This document shows positions 11,996-24,658 of a stretch of DNA of 64,000 nt, piece after piece. Numbering within the stretch: the first letter of the stretch is position 1; the number at the start of each line of letters is the position of its first letter. A program made the translations under genes and the position numbers. This stretch comes from Bugula neritina (Eukaryota > Animalia > Bryozoa): the NCBI GenBank assembly GCA_964035545.1, contig OZ037766.1, positions 19,828,767-19,892,766 of the forward strand. The letters run 5' to 3'. The notes under the pieces were generated by a model. The model was not told where the DNA came from, searched no databases, and saw nothing but the letters and a program-made list of their open reading frames with translations.

Positions 11996-14900
11996 ATGTG
12001 GAGAACTGACTCACAAATGAGTCTCCCAAGTTTACCTGACGAAGAGGAAACAAGTGCTGATGATGTAATGACTTCAGTGGAAGTTATTCAATACTATCTG
12101 GTCAAAAGGTAAGAACTACTAATGAGAATAATACATGTATGTTTAGTGTCTGTATGCAGCTGTCACTAAAAGTCTGTCTGATGCAGGTAAATTCTACTTT
12201 GAAGTAGTATCCTCCATTCATTAATATTTATCTGTTTAATACAACATTTATCAACCTAATTGTCACTGATAGTAATCTTCATTCATTATTGACTATTTAA
12301 TGAGATATTTTAACATGGAAATGAAAAAAAGTTGAACCTAACGCCATACAGTAGTGGCAATAATGTGGTGCCTTTATGTTGAAACTATGTGGTACAAAAC
12401 TATCTTTAGATGTGGCATTGTAGATAGCTCTACTATTAAAGCTATAGGCAAGTGTACTTGTATGTGTTGAAAGCACACTATAACTATTTGATTCTAGATT
12501 TATATTGTACATTATTAATATAATTCTAGACTATATGAATATTATGACAAGCACCGATATGAAGTAGTTTCTACAGCTGCCTTATTAAAGAAGTTATACT
12601 ATCCTATAAAAGAGGCAGTTAGATATAGAAGCTATGCTCCAAGAACTGTGGAAGAACTAGGTATGTGTAGAGTAGTTAGGTATGTGTAGAATAGTTAGGT
12701 ATGTGTAGAATAGTTAGGTATGTGTAGAATAGTTAGGAATGTGTTGAATAGTGAGGTATGTGTAGAATAGTTAGGTATGTGTAGAATAGTTAGGTATGTG
12801 TAGAATAGTTAGGTATGTGTAGAATAGTTAGGTATGTGTAGAGTAGTTAGGTATGTGTAGAATAGTTAGGTATGTGTAGAATAGTTAGGTATGTGTAGAA
12901 TAGTTAGGTATGTGTAGAATAGTTAGGAATGTGTAGAGTAGTAAGGTATGTGTAGAATAGTGAGGTATGTGTTGAATAGTTAGGTATGTGTAGAATAGTT
13001 AGGTATGTGTAGAGTAGTTAGGTATGTGTAGAATAGTTTGGTATGTGTAGAATAGTTAGGTATGTGTAGAATAGTTAGGAATGTGTAGAGTAGTAAGGTA
13101 TGTGTAGAATAGTGAGGTATGTGTTGAATAGTTAGGTATGTGTAGAATAGTTAGGTATGTGTAGAGTAGTTAGGTATGTGTAGAATAGTTAGGTATGTGT
13201 AGAATAGTTAGGTATGTGTAGAATAGTTAGGTATGTGTAGAGTAGTAAGGTATGTGTAGAATAGTTAGGTATGTGTAGAATAGTTAGGTATGTGTAGAGT
13301 AGTAAGGTATGTGTAGAATAGTTAGGTATGTGTTGAATAGTTAGGTATGTGTAGAGTAGTTAGGTATGTGTAGAATAGTTAGGTATGTGTTGAATAGTTA
13401 GGTATGTGTAGAGTAGTTAGGAATGTTGATATGGTTTCTCTACGTGTGACTACTTAACATACCTAGTATATGCATGTAACATTGTGATTCAGGTAAGCAT
13501 GGAGGTAGCAAGTCTTGGCTACAGACACTTCTAGCTCTGCCTATAGAAAAGATGACAGTCTGCCTAGAGAATACAGACTGTGCTTTGAAGTTAAAAAATG
13601 GCTTCGTATCTTGGGAGTTGATATGTCAGGTATGGGTATAAAATGTGTAACCATAATGTAGCTATTGCTAGACTATAAATGGTTCTCGTGATGCATAGGC
13701 TACTAGGCTTCATGATAGATTCTGAAATTTCAATACTAAAAAGTCAAAGCAAATGATTGGTATGTGGATATCATTTAAAAAAGCTAACTCAATTATTATA
13801 GAACAGTTGTGTGTGTGTGTGAACCTGCGAAATGATTTAATGTGTGATCACAACTTCACATGCAGTAAATTTTGGAATGAGAGATTGATTAATTTAAAAC
13901 TATGTCAGCATTTAGTTTTTAATATAAATTTGTTTTACTATTTTAAATTTTAATTTATCTGTAACTTTAGGTTTAAAAATTTGCAAAAATTGTAACCTTT
14001 GAGAGCAAAATAATTTTCTCATCGAGGCTTTTGTTGTAGGTAATAAAAACTTTTGAAAATGTTATAAAATATTTGGTTAGATAATGACTTGCCTGTGTAA
14101 CAGATTATAGTGATAGTTGGAGATCTCTGCTGCTTAGTGCTTAAAAAACAAGCCCTGAATTCTACTGAAAACAAGGAAGTGCCGATGGTTATGGAGCTTG
14201 CTGAGTGGTGTGCAGAGTTTTTTGTAACCCCATGGCAGGGCCAGCAATGTGTAGAGCATTGGATAATAGCACATGGTGGATGGGTAAGAGAAACATCAAT
14301 CAATGATTATTTTAAGAAATTTAGCTGCCATGTTGAGACGTTTTAAATTTTCTAACAAATTTATTACACACACAACACACTCACAACGCACACACACCAC
14401 ACTCTTTAGGTACATATAATATGTACTTATAAATAATATGTATAAGTATATCAGTTGTGTTGTTTTAGGTAAACAAAATTGATGAAAATAACCAATTGGT
14501 GAACAAGTTAACAGCAAAATGGCAAAGTATGTCGCCCAACAGTTCACCATCTTCTGCACAAATAGTTTGCCCTAAACCTGTAAGACTGTGTAAAGGAGCA
14601 GTGATAGCAAGATCCAGCAATGCCATTCCGTCAAACACAATTTCGACTGGTGACTCTGTTACAGCTGCGAATTCTGTTGAAAATCTAAGGAGTAAAAATA
14701 GAATTTCATCAACATCTATGCAGCAGGATGAAGCATTATCACTTACAGCACCAGCTCAAAACTCATTCTCACCATATTTTGTAAATGGAAAGGAACATAA
14801 AACAGCTTCAGCGGTAGTAAACTTAACCCCTAGCTTTATGTCATCTCATCTTGACGATTTACATCAACTGCATGAAACCCAAGTAACACTTAGTGCACTT

Positions 14901-17585
14901 CATGAAATCCCAAACTCTACTAAACAGATGCTGATGCAGCAACATGAAGTTCTACCAGAAACAAGGCAACAACATGAAGTTCTACCAGAAACAAGGCAAC
15001 AACATGAAGTTCTACCAGTAACAGGGCAACAACCTAGAGTTCTTCCAGTAACAGGGCACCAACCTGGAGCTCTAACAGTAGCAGGGCACCAACATGGAGC
15101 TTCACCACTAACAAGGCAACAACACGGAGTTTTTCCAGTAGCAGAGCAACAGCCTGGTGTTCTTCCAGTAACAGGGCATCAACCTGGAGCTTTAACAGTA
15201 ACAGGGCAACAACACGGAGTTTTTCCAGTAGCAGAGCAACAGCCTGGTGTTCTTCCAGTAACAGGGCATCAACCTGGAGCTTTAACAGTAACAGGGCAAC
15301 AACACGAAGTTTTTCCAGTAGCAGAGCAACAGCCTGGTGTTCTTCCAGTAACAGGGCATCAACCTGGAGCTTTAACAGTAACAGGGCAACAACACGGAGT
15401 TTTTCCAGTAGCAGGGCACCAACATAGAGTTCTTCCAGTAGCATGGCAACAAAATAGAAATTTAACAGTAGCAGGGCAACAGCATGGAGCTTCACCACTA
15501 ACAGGGCAACAACACGGAGTTTTTCCAGTAGCAGGGCAACAGCCTGGTGTTCTTCCAGTAACAGGGCATCAACCTGGAGCTTTAACAGTAACAGGGCAAC
15601 AACACGGAGTTTTTCCAGTAGCAGGGCACCAACATAGAGTTCTTCCAGTAGCATGGCAACAAAATAGAAATTTAACAGTAACAGGGCACCAACATGGAGA
15701 TTTAACAGGGCACCAACATGGAGATTTAACAGTAACAGAGCACCAACATGGAGTCATGCCAGTAACAGGGCAACAACATGGAGTTTTAACAGTAACAGAG
15801 CAACAAAATGAAGTCCTACCACCACCTTACCCAACTTTTATTCATCAACATCAAGTTCCATCAATGTTAATGAGGCAGAATGGTGGACACACAGTAGTAG
15901 AATCAAGCTGTGGTGTCCCAACACCAACTCTTGCAAGCTCAATCCAACACTATAAGAATCTAACATCATCAGGAAACTCTCATACTATGTCAGGATCATC
16001 CTTTGCAAATGCAATGCAACTACATGGGCTTTCACAAATGAATAATCCAAGTTACAGTGCAACATTAATGCAGCAGCATAGAAATCCTTCAACAGAACAA
16101 CTTTGTAATAGTACCCCACAGATGTTGGCAACTCCAATACCTCAGCATAAATTACAGCCAAATTTATTGTATCAACAGAGTAATTCAACTATGGCAAATT
16201 TTGCCAATCCATTATCACCTTTTAACACTTTAGTGCAAAAGCGTGTAGCAATTATGGAGGCAGAGTCAAATATCTCAATGCCATGTCAGGCTGCTTCAAT
16301 TTATCAGCATAAAATTTCACAGACTCTGATGCACCAGCCCGAATTACCAGGATTAAACTATGACAATCAACCAGCTCCAATTGCACCTTTTAACTTGGAG
16401 CATGCAGTCCCATCAATGATGAGATTAGGCCATAATACCTTAGCACCTTCTCGCCAAACCTCAACTTATCAGCCTAGTGTTGCACCAATTTTATTGCAAC
16501 AGCTTGAAACATTGCCAATGACAGAGCCAATTCACAGTGTCTCAAAATGTCCTCCAGCACCTATAATATATCAGCATAAATTGCAACTATCACATATACA
16601 ACAGCCTCACACTTTAAAAGAACAAAACTATTTCAGTCAGCCTCTTTCAGGTGCCATCTCTGTGCAACAATGGAGAGATGGAATGATGGTAAGACAAACT
16701 CAAAGTAATCAAAAATGTCATGTCACTTCAACATATCAGCATAAAGTTTCACCAATCTCAGTAAAACACCATGAAACTTCAGAAATGGCAGAATCTAGTT
16801 ACATCAATCCAACATATTTTTGTGCAAATTCAGCTCATGAAAGTTCACCAGTTTTAGCACATCAATTTGTAGCTTCAACAGCAGGAGAAGAAAACAGCTT
16901 TGTTTCATCACCACCTCTGATCATCTCAACTAAAGAGTATGGAGTTACATCTCCAAGAGAACCAGTCAATAGTGCTCAACCACCAACATTGGTGCAGCAG
17001 CTCGCAGCACCAACAGCAACACAACTTGGCAATGCTCAAACTACATCTTTAGCAGCTTCTATTCAGCATGCAAGTCTTGCAGCAGTAAAACCAAGCTACT
17101 TGGATTTACCATCACCTGGTGAACACTTGATGCAACAAAATGAAAATTCATTTCAAACAAAGACAAATTCTATTGTCTTGCCATCTTTTTGCAACAGGTC
17201 AGTGCAACCAGAAAGAGTACCAGAAACTTCAATTTCAAATCACGATGATGCTATAACACAGCTAAAAGTTGTGGAAACGGAAAAGTTTGAACTACATGCA
17301 GAAAAAACAAAATCTGCTTTTATGCCATGGAGTTTACAGAGAAATGTAAAACGTAGCTTAGCTGACACACCTACATCAGCAACATCTAAATTTTATCAAA
17401 AGCAAGCTAAAATGTCTAACATTGAAGCAGAACCTTTGAATAACACAAGTTTCCAATTTTATAAACATTCTAATGATAGAGAGAGCAGAGGTGATGCAGA
17501 GAGGCTCGATAATACTACAGAATCCATTTATACTGGTCAACCTCACGTTATTTCTATGAATAGCAACACATATTTTAGACTCTAA
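11996..17585 (+). CDS. Divergent Bcl-2-family-like domain fused to a ~1040-aa low-complexity Q/H/P/S tail with decapeptide repeats, 5 coding exons, ~1225 aa
   Basis: Exons 11996-12108, 12530-12660, 13493-13629, 14104-14283, 14469-17585; GT-AG, phases 2/1/0/0 as in both domains of the neighbouring gene. VMTSVEVIQYYLVKR...KLKNGFVSWELICQIIVIVGDL...LAEWCAEFF...VEHWIIAHGGW|VNKI. The last exon contains the 1029-aa ORF. Alternative in-frame ATG at 12017; AATAAA near 17738. Confidence 0.82.
12661..13426 (+). repeat. 19-bp minisatellite (gtatgtgtagaatagttag) x ~40 filling intron 2
   Basis: Head-to-tail 19-mers with minor variants (gagtag, gtaag, gtgag, gaatg), starting exactly at the intron 5' end. 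Confidence 0.97.
14937..15818 (+). repeat. Coding 30-bp tandem repeat (~30 decapeptides, consensus [Q/H]Q[H/P]GV[L/F]PV[T/A]G)
   Basis: QQHEVLPETR, QQHGVFPVAE, QQPGVLPVTG, HQPGALTVTG etc., with 3-unit and 6-unit higher-order blocks. Confidence 0.95.
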
Positions 17586-18808
17586 ATCTCACTCCCAGGT
17601 TTATTTCTCAAGTATACCAAACATTGATTAGATAGCTCTATTGGCTAAAGTGCTCCAAAAACCACTCAAGTCTCTGGTTAAAAGATGAATAGAGAAGTTA
17701 ATTGAATTTTGCATATTTTACATATAGTAACGTTTTCAATAAAAAATGTGCTATTTTTCATTACGTTGTGTTTATTTTTGAACTTATATTTTGAATTATT
17801 TATATTTTAAGGCAATTGCAAGATTTATTTATAAATTACATGCATTTCTGCTGTTAGTGTGTTACTCATGCAAATTTTCTATTTTTCTTTAAAACATGCA
17901 TTTAAGAGCTTCATAATCATTTTCTACTACAAGCAGTTTTAGCTTACCAAAATCTAATATCAGAGTTAAATAATGTAATTTCAAAACTGCTAACTGTTGA
18001 TTAGGTCTTTATTGGAGCAGTTCATATTAATTTAGTTAAATGCTTATAGTGCAGTGCAAAGTTGCATGTGAGTTCTTGTAGCAATTGTTAGCCATGATTG
18101 GAATAGGTTTTGATGTAACTTTTGACTATGGCACATGGATGCATAAAATTAACTACTCTTTCATTTGAATAAGATTGCTTTTATCATTTTCTGGTCACAT
18201 TATTATATATATGCATTATTTGTTGAATTAAATACCAAGCATTATGTTTTATAGTTATTTAGTTGAAACAATTTAAAACAGACAGATATCTTACTAGGTG
18301 AATGTTTTATTTTGATAATTGTAAAAAGTTTTTAAATTTTGTAAAATGCTTAGCTGGAATATAAATATAATATATTCATCTAAATCAATTTTTTAAATGT
18401 TTTTAACTTATAATCTATAAAGTGTGTATACTGTTGCCTGAGCATGCAGTATATAGATGTGTGTTAAAAAGTTAGTGCAGCTGGTGTAAACTATCAGCTA
18501 ACTAAATAGACTAGGTAGGAAGTGTCAACTTTATATTTTTAATTTTAGAAAAAATGAACATATTATGAATGTTGTGGTGCACTAACAAAAATAATCAACA
18601 TCAACAGCCAACATCAATCATTAACAAAACTTAAACATAAACAACAGTTTTATCAAAGATGTAAAAGAAAAGCTCAAACATTCAACAAAAAACTCTAAGT
18701 AGTATTTAAAACTATTTGAATAAAAGTTACCATAGCAATAAAATGTTTCTTGTAACACAGTTTTTAGTTTCCCAAAGAAGTTGTCATCAATCACTAATAC
18801 CAGCCTTT

Positions 18809-19341
18809 CTAATATAAGGTTTCTAAAAATAGTTTGTATTTTGTAAATATAGCATTAAGATAAATATACAAACGTTCAGAAAACTGAAATTTGATAATTG
18901 AGTTTGCATTTATAGCCTAAATACAGCATAGTTACTATATATTAGGTTAGTTTATACATGTACATATCATAAACCTTTTACTTTCCAACATCTTTTTATA
19001 GTTTAGATATAACAAACAAATGAATATTAGAGTATATGTCAAGTCAAGTCGCCAAGTCATCCTTTTCATATAACTTAAAAATAATAAATTGGAAACTTAC
19101 TAAAACCGATGCCATAACCTTTTCCTCCATACTGTCTACGCCCATGCAATCCAAAGTTGAACCCATTGAAAAGCCCAAACCCTTTTCTCCCAAAGAAAGA
19201 GTGTTTTCTGAATGACAATCCATGAAGCCCACTATAGCCAAGACCAGTTAACCCTCCATACCCTCCAGGAAGACCATAGTAATTGACATAAGCTGATGAC
19301 AAAGCAACGCAAAGCGATAGAATAACAGCCAATACCTTCAT
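18809..19341 (-). CDS. Secreted glycine-rich peptide 1 (~84 aa)
   Basis: Signal peptide MKVLAVILSLCVALSSA, then a G/F/Y/K/R-rich mature region. Main exon 19341-19101, donor GTAAGT, proposed micro-exon 18822-18809 (KTLY*). This micro-exon is the least certain of the four; unspliced, the ORF ends at 19075. Confidence 0.82.
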
Positions 19342-19772
19342 AGTGTCTTTTTAGCAACCTAAAAGGAAACAAGTAGATCATTTCTATTTTTTATAATTTC
19401 ATTGCACACACATCAGTTTTCATACTCAGAAAAGTAATTGTAAGTTGATTTTTGCTTACAAAGTTTTATATGCAAACTTTTATGTTGTAAAGCAAAATAA
19501 TTCAGATTACTCTAAACTTCAAAACTCTGCCAGAAACGAAACACGATATTAAGGTTTTGGGTTTAGTCAAGCAGTAGTTCAATTTTCAGATAATTTTAGT
19601 CAACAATAATGGCTATGATAGCCATTGTGTTGCAATAATTTTACGGCAAAATAGCAAAGTTAAAAAAAGTTTTACTCAACTATTTTAAAGGTATATATAC
19701 CAAACTTACCTTCAGTTAAATTGTTGTCTGACTGCTGTGAAAACTTTGATAGTACGAAGCAGCATGAGCCTT

Positions 19773-19779
19773 TTTTATA
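19773..19779 (-). promoter_or_regulatory. TATA box of glycine-rich peptide gene 1
   Basis: TATAAAA on the minus strand ~65 bp upstream of an AAG|GTAAGT donor (19709) closing a non-coding first exon; the same layout is seen in all four paralogs. Confidence 0.65.
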
Positions 19780-20796
19780 GTAAATTTCTGTATCATTAGA
19801 TAGGTGGAATGCAATTAATAATTTTATAATATGATGGCTTCTTGGCTACTAGTGGAAATGTAAGTGTTTGATGTACAACTCCTTGATCAATGCTGTCAAG
19901 TTTTCACATCCTGTCTGAATAAGTTTCAAAAGATGGTCTAAAAAAGAAATTCCTCAACTTGATAAATGTTTCTCCTCTCTTGTACTATTTAGCAATAATA
20001 TGTATCCAATATAATTTAGTAGCATATTCAAGCAATAAAATATTATAGTCAAGTTGAATTTTTCATTAACTTTGGAAATTGTTATTGGCTTACGTTATGC
20101 TATTAAAAGATTGGCACACTCAACTTTCTTTTACGGCAAAAGTTTCTAGATCGTAAGAATTTATGACATATGTTGAAAACTTGGGATATTTTTAGATATT
20201 GGCTTAATGAGCATATAATGAATAAATTTTTGCAACTACACTTTTTATTGAAAGCTTTCTATAGCACCACATATTAACATTGTTTGCCTCTAATGTCACA
20301 TTAGATAAGTTTTACACAAATTTCAAAAATGTTTTCAGCGAACAGCTTTTTTGTTTCTGTAATTGCACTTTATACTATTGTTAGTGTGGATTTGTTAGTA
20401 TTGTAGAATACTTTAGTTGTGAACATCTATTGTCTGCTTTATATGCATACAGCATGCATAACTGACTTTTATATTGTTTCCGGTAATAGCCATATACGTC
20501 TTGTAAATTTATATATCAATACTGTTCGCTGTTGATTTTGTCAATTTGGCATGTTGCTTTACTTTTCTACATGTGCTGGCAACACTGTTTTGTCGCAATT
20601 CACTGTACAAAGGTGCTCCTATTTGGCAGAAACTGTCAGTTCTGTCAAATGACATCAAGAGAAAGGTAAAGTTCTTGATTTTGTTTTTGATGCCTTGTTG
20701 GAGCTTCCTAATCAATTATATTAATAAACTGAGGAAAATTGTCATGTCAATTAATTTTCTTACTAAGTTATTCTCTAGAAACAGCTAATTGAACCG

Positions 20797-21105
20797 AAAC
20801 ATACATGCAATGGCATCAGTGAAGGAGGCTATTTAAAGTCAAAATACACAAATCACAAAGCATCATATAAGCACACGGGTGAAAGTGCATCACACGATAT
20901 TAAGCAAGTATGTGTGGAACTTAGTTGACCAAAACATTGAATACAACAAAACATGGAAAATAGTCAAGGAATCGACAGTGTACAACACAAACACACTAAA
21001 TGATGCAGAATGTTTTTTCATACTGTACAGATCACAACTGTGTACTTTGAACAAAAGGATGAGCTGCTATCAACATGCTGGTACTCAAAAAAGAATTTCT
21101 ACTTT
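20797..21105 (+). mobile_element. Decayed Penelope-like element, GIY-YIG endonuclease C-terminal fragment
   Basis: Across frameshifts: GISEG..LKSKYTNHKASYKH / HHTILSKYVWNLVDQNIEYNKTWKIVKE...FFILYRSQLCTLNKR / ELLSTC. This resembles the PLE endonuclease pattern FKxRYxNHKxSF...T-LSKHIWxLK...WKI...LNKRxELxSxC. Confidence 0.7.
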
Positions 21106-22165
21106 GTATTTACAATAACTATTTTTTTAATATATTCTATAACTTCTGATTTCAATTATTATTCAAAAATATAAACATGCAGCTACCATCACTTAATATT
21201 CCTCATGCGATGTTTTATTATTCTCGATGTGTCACTTGACAAAATCTAAACGCAAATGTACCTGATACATATATATGCTACAAAAAGCATACTAAACCAT
21301 TAGTTGCGTCGTGAAAAAAAAGACATTTACAAATCACTTTATTTATTAATTGTATGACTGCTTATTATCAATACTATATTAATTTAAACAATTTTAGTCT
21401 ACTGTTAGGTAAATCCACTCTAGGAATATATGAGTGTGCATGTGAGTGAGCATATGTGCATATATGGATATAATAATATATGTGTATGTGTATATAGGCC
21501 TACTAACCTACTTTAAAATAACACATATAAGAGCTGTAAGCATATTATACTTTAACTTACCATTATTTGTGAGATTATAAATGCTTTAACTGTCCGCCAT
21601 GTATGTTTTTTTCTTAAATTTTATATTAGTGAAATAGAATAGATGTAAATTACAAAATGTTATAGTTTGTGTCTGTATGCAAATAATATTTTTGTTAACT
21701 TCTATTCTTGTTTGCTTTGTTCTATGTTAAAAGCACTTTTCAATTTCATTCACAATTTACTGCTATATGTTGAATGGCCATAGTTTCTTTTTGGGGAATA
21801 CCATGCAGCCAAAAGCTTTGACTGCTTGTAATGTTAAGTCATGCCATGTTCATATACTCTTTGCATCCCGTGAAAATATTATATTAATAAACAAAATATA
21901 CAGGGTACATAGAAATCATTAATGAACAGAAACTATTGATAAATGAAAACAGGGACTTGAAACTCCTGTTTGAAATTCATTGTAGTAGACAGTGCGTAAT
22001 AGAACATGTCTTCAAAGGACCATGCTGTAATCTCAGAAACCAGAATGTTTCTTTCTAAAATCCTTTGATATATAAACAATGCATGTATTTAGCAATGTAG
22101 CTAAGTTAATATTTAATTTTTCTCTCTGTCTGTGCTATATTTTGCAAACATTCTTTAAGGGAGCG

Positions 22166-22475
22166 AGTGTATGTGTATGTATAACATGCACATGTACATA
22201 TGTGTATGTATGTGTATATACACATATGTATGTATTTGTGTTTGTGTGTGCATTTGTTTATTGGTGTATGTTTGGGTGTATGTACGATATGTGTTGGTTT
22301 ATATGTCTGTGTATTCATGTGAATATGTGTGAGTATGTGCGCCTGCGCATGCAGCATGTGGGTTAGCGCATGTCCTTGTGTGTATGTTTGCACCTATATG
22401 TGCATATGCTTGCATGCGTGTTGTGTATAAGTGTGTATACGTGTGTATGAATGAATGTATAAATGTATGTGTGTT
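22166..22475. repeat. Degenerate (TG/TA)n low-complexity tract
   Basis: Imperfect tgtg/tatg repeats; these generate the spurious ORFs at 22079, 22106 and 22299. Confidence 0.85.
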
Positions 22476-22902
22476 AGCCATATGATAAATTAAAACAAGG
22501 ACACCTATGGCAAGCATGAATCTTCAAAAAAGTTTTAAAATTTTTCGGATTGGCTTAATTGGTTTTCACAAAAGACTAAAACATAACGCTTACTATTTAT
22601 GGCAAAAGAAATCTTCAGTTATTAAAAGTTCTAATAGAATTTTAGACTTTAGATTTACAGGTTATGAAAGAGATTGCTTTGAACACAATGCATTAAAGCA
22701 TATCTTCTTATAATCTTAAATGATAAGAATATTTATCTTAATGAGTTACTGCTTCCTGAAGTAGCAGTAATAGTTATATGAAAAGTATTCAAGTTGACAA
22801 CAGTATGATTAATGAGACCAATTATAGGTTTCCTTACACCTGATTGGTATGCAGACAGGCACTTAGTTTACAATAATATAAAAAATAAAATAAAATGTAT
22901 TA

Positions 22903-23099
<197 letters not shown>

Positions 23100-23591
23100 A
23101 GTAAATTTAGGTTAAAATAGCAATAAATTTGTTTTTAAGTAGCATTCAAATAAAAATTCTACAGCTTGCAATTTATTCTGATTTAATTTATGGTTGCTGT
23201 AAGAATTTTGATACATCTTTGAAAGAATCTTGCCAGTTTTGTTAAGAATCATTTATCACATTACAACTTCCTGAGATAAAATATTCAGACTATTAAATTA
23301 TCTGTGAGTTAATTATGCTTTACGTGTGGAAATTCAGTAAAGTGGCTACTTTAATGTGCTGATGTAACCACTTTTAAAGCATCAAAAATCTATTGCTGTA
23401 TTTTAAGTAGTTCGTCACAAAAACTGGCATATTGCCATGTTTCAAGAACATTACTGCCAGCTTTTCAAAATCAACACTGGTAACTTTTTAAATTATTGCT
23501 AGTTATAATGCTGGCAACTTTCAAAAACCCTTCTCGGTGACTTTCCGAGTGTACTTCTAATTGCTTTCCATGAACATTACCCATAGAAATG

Positions 23592-23775
23592 CATGCAAGT
23601 TTATAGTCCTTATCCATGTGAGAACCCCTGATGGAAAATATTTTTTCATACTGGGCTAAAGAATTTTTCACATGTGACAGAGTAACTATGACTGGATGAT
23701 TTTTCTACCATCACCAATAACTTTTACTGAGAATCAAACCTCCAACTCTTAGGCTCAGACTATGCCCTAACTCCT
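23592..23775 (-). mobile_element. SINE copy (tRNA-head family; 4 copies in window)
   Basis: Reverse complement aligns by eye with 39930-40118 and 46438-46633 (catccagtc.taa/atcaggggttctcaca/ataaacttgc blocks). Confidence 0.65.
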
Positions 23776-24245
23776 AAACTACAGGTACTTAAATTTTCCA
23801 TGAACATTGCTGACAAATTTTACGTAATATCATATTATTGGTAAATTTTTAAAAATTAATAATGTATTGAATAGTTGCGTTTGAGTTTTTTGTAGCCAAT
23901 AAAAATTGTGTAATGTTTTAAACCAGGTGCTTCATTAATTTTCATTTTTACCACATTGCTTATTTTTCTAAAAAGTGTGTTGATTAAAAAAATTTACATA
24001 ATAATACAACAATTATGTAAAAACATGAAAGTTTTCAAATAAATAGTTTGAAACTTGTTTTACTACAGTGCTCGACTTTCATATCTCACAGCTTTAGCTC
24101 TCAATATATTCTATTGGTCATGAGAAAGGCTTGAACTTCTTTTTGTGGCTTATGTGTGTATGTATAGGAACAAATTTAACGTATCTATGAGTTAAATATG
24201 GCATTCTACTATGGCTTGGATGAAAGTTTCAATACCCAAGGCTTA

Positions 24246-24658
24246 GCCTAGGGCCACACTGTGCGTATTTTAGCATGCAAACATTTAAACCACGAGTAGC
24301 AAAGGTGTCCACTGTATGCGTTGAGAAAACATTCGCACTTGTCGCTCAACATTCTGAACGCAAGTGCGAATCGTCTCTGTCGTTGTCACCTATTTGGCTG
24401 CTAGTTATTTAGCGAGCCCAATTCTTTTATTTTAGTGCTACATTCCAGTAAATTGCGTTTTATTGAAATCGAGTGCGATTTAAAAATATAAACTTCATTT
24501 ATCCCGCACTTGTAGCCATAGCAACAAGGGGAGCAGTGAAGTTAAACGCAAATATTATCAGCTAGTAGTTTCCGATCTCACTGACGTTACCGTGGACACC
24601 TTTGCTACTTGTGGTTTCAATTTTTGCATGCGAAAATACGCACAGTGTGGCCCTAGGC
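24246..24658. mobile_element. PIF/Harbinger-type (Tourist-like) MITE, 413 bp
   Basis: ~66-bp TIRs gcctagggccacactgtgcgtatttt...agtagcaaaggtgtccac at both ends; TTA duplicated at 24243-24245 and 24659-24661 (TWA TSD typical of PIF/Harbinger); internal hairpin attcgcacttg...caagtgcgaat. Confidence 0.85.

Noticed and set aside
12661-13426. CRISPR-like array
   Set aside because: The units are contiguous with no unique spacers, lie in a eukaryotic intron and have no cas genes nearby; this is a minisatellite.
15034-15757. Leu-rich 206-aa and Cys-rich 62-aa antisense ORFs
   Set aside because: They are shadows of the 30-bp coding repeat on the + strand.
24256-24648. RSS heptamer CACAGTG in the MITE arms, suggesting a RAG/Transib element
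   Set aside because: The heptamer is internal rather than terminal, there is no nonamer, and the TTA TSD points to PIF/Harbinger.
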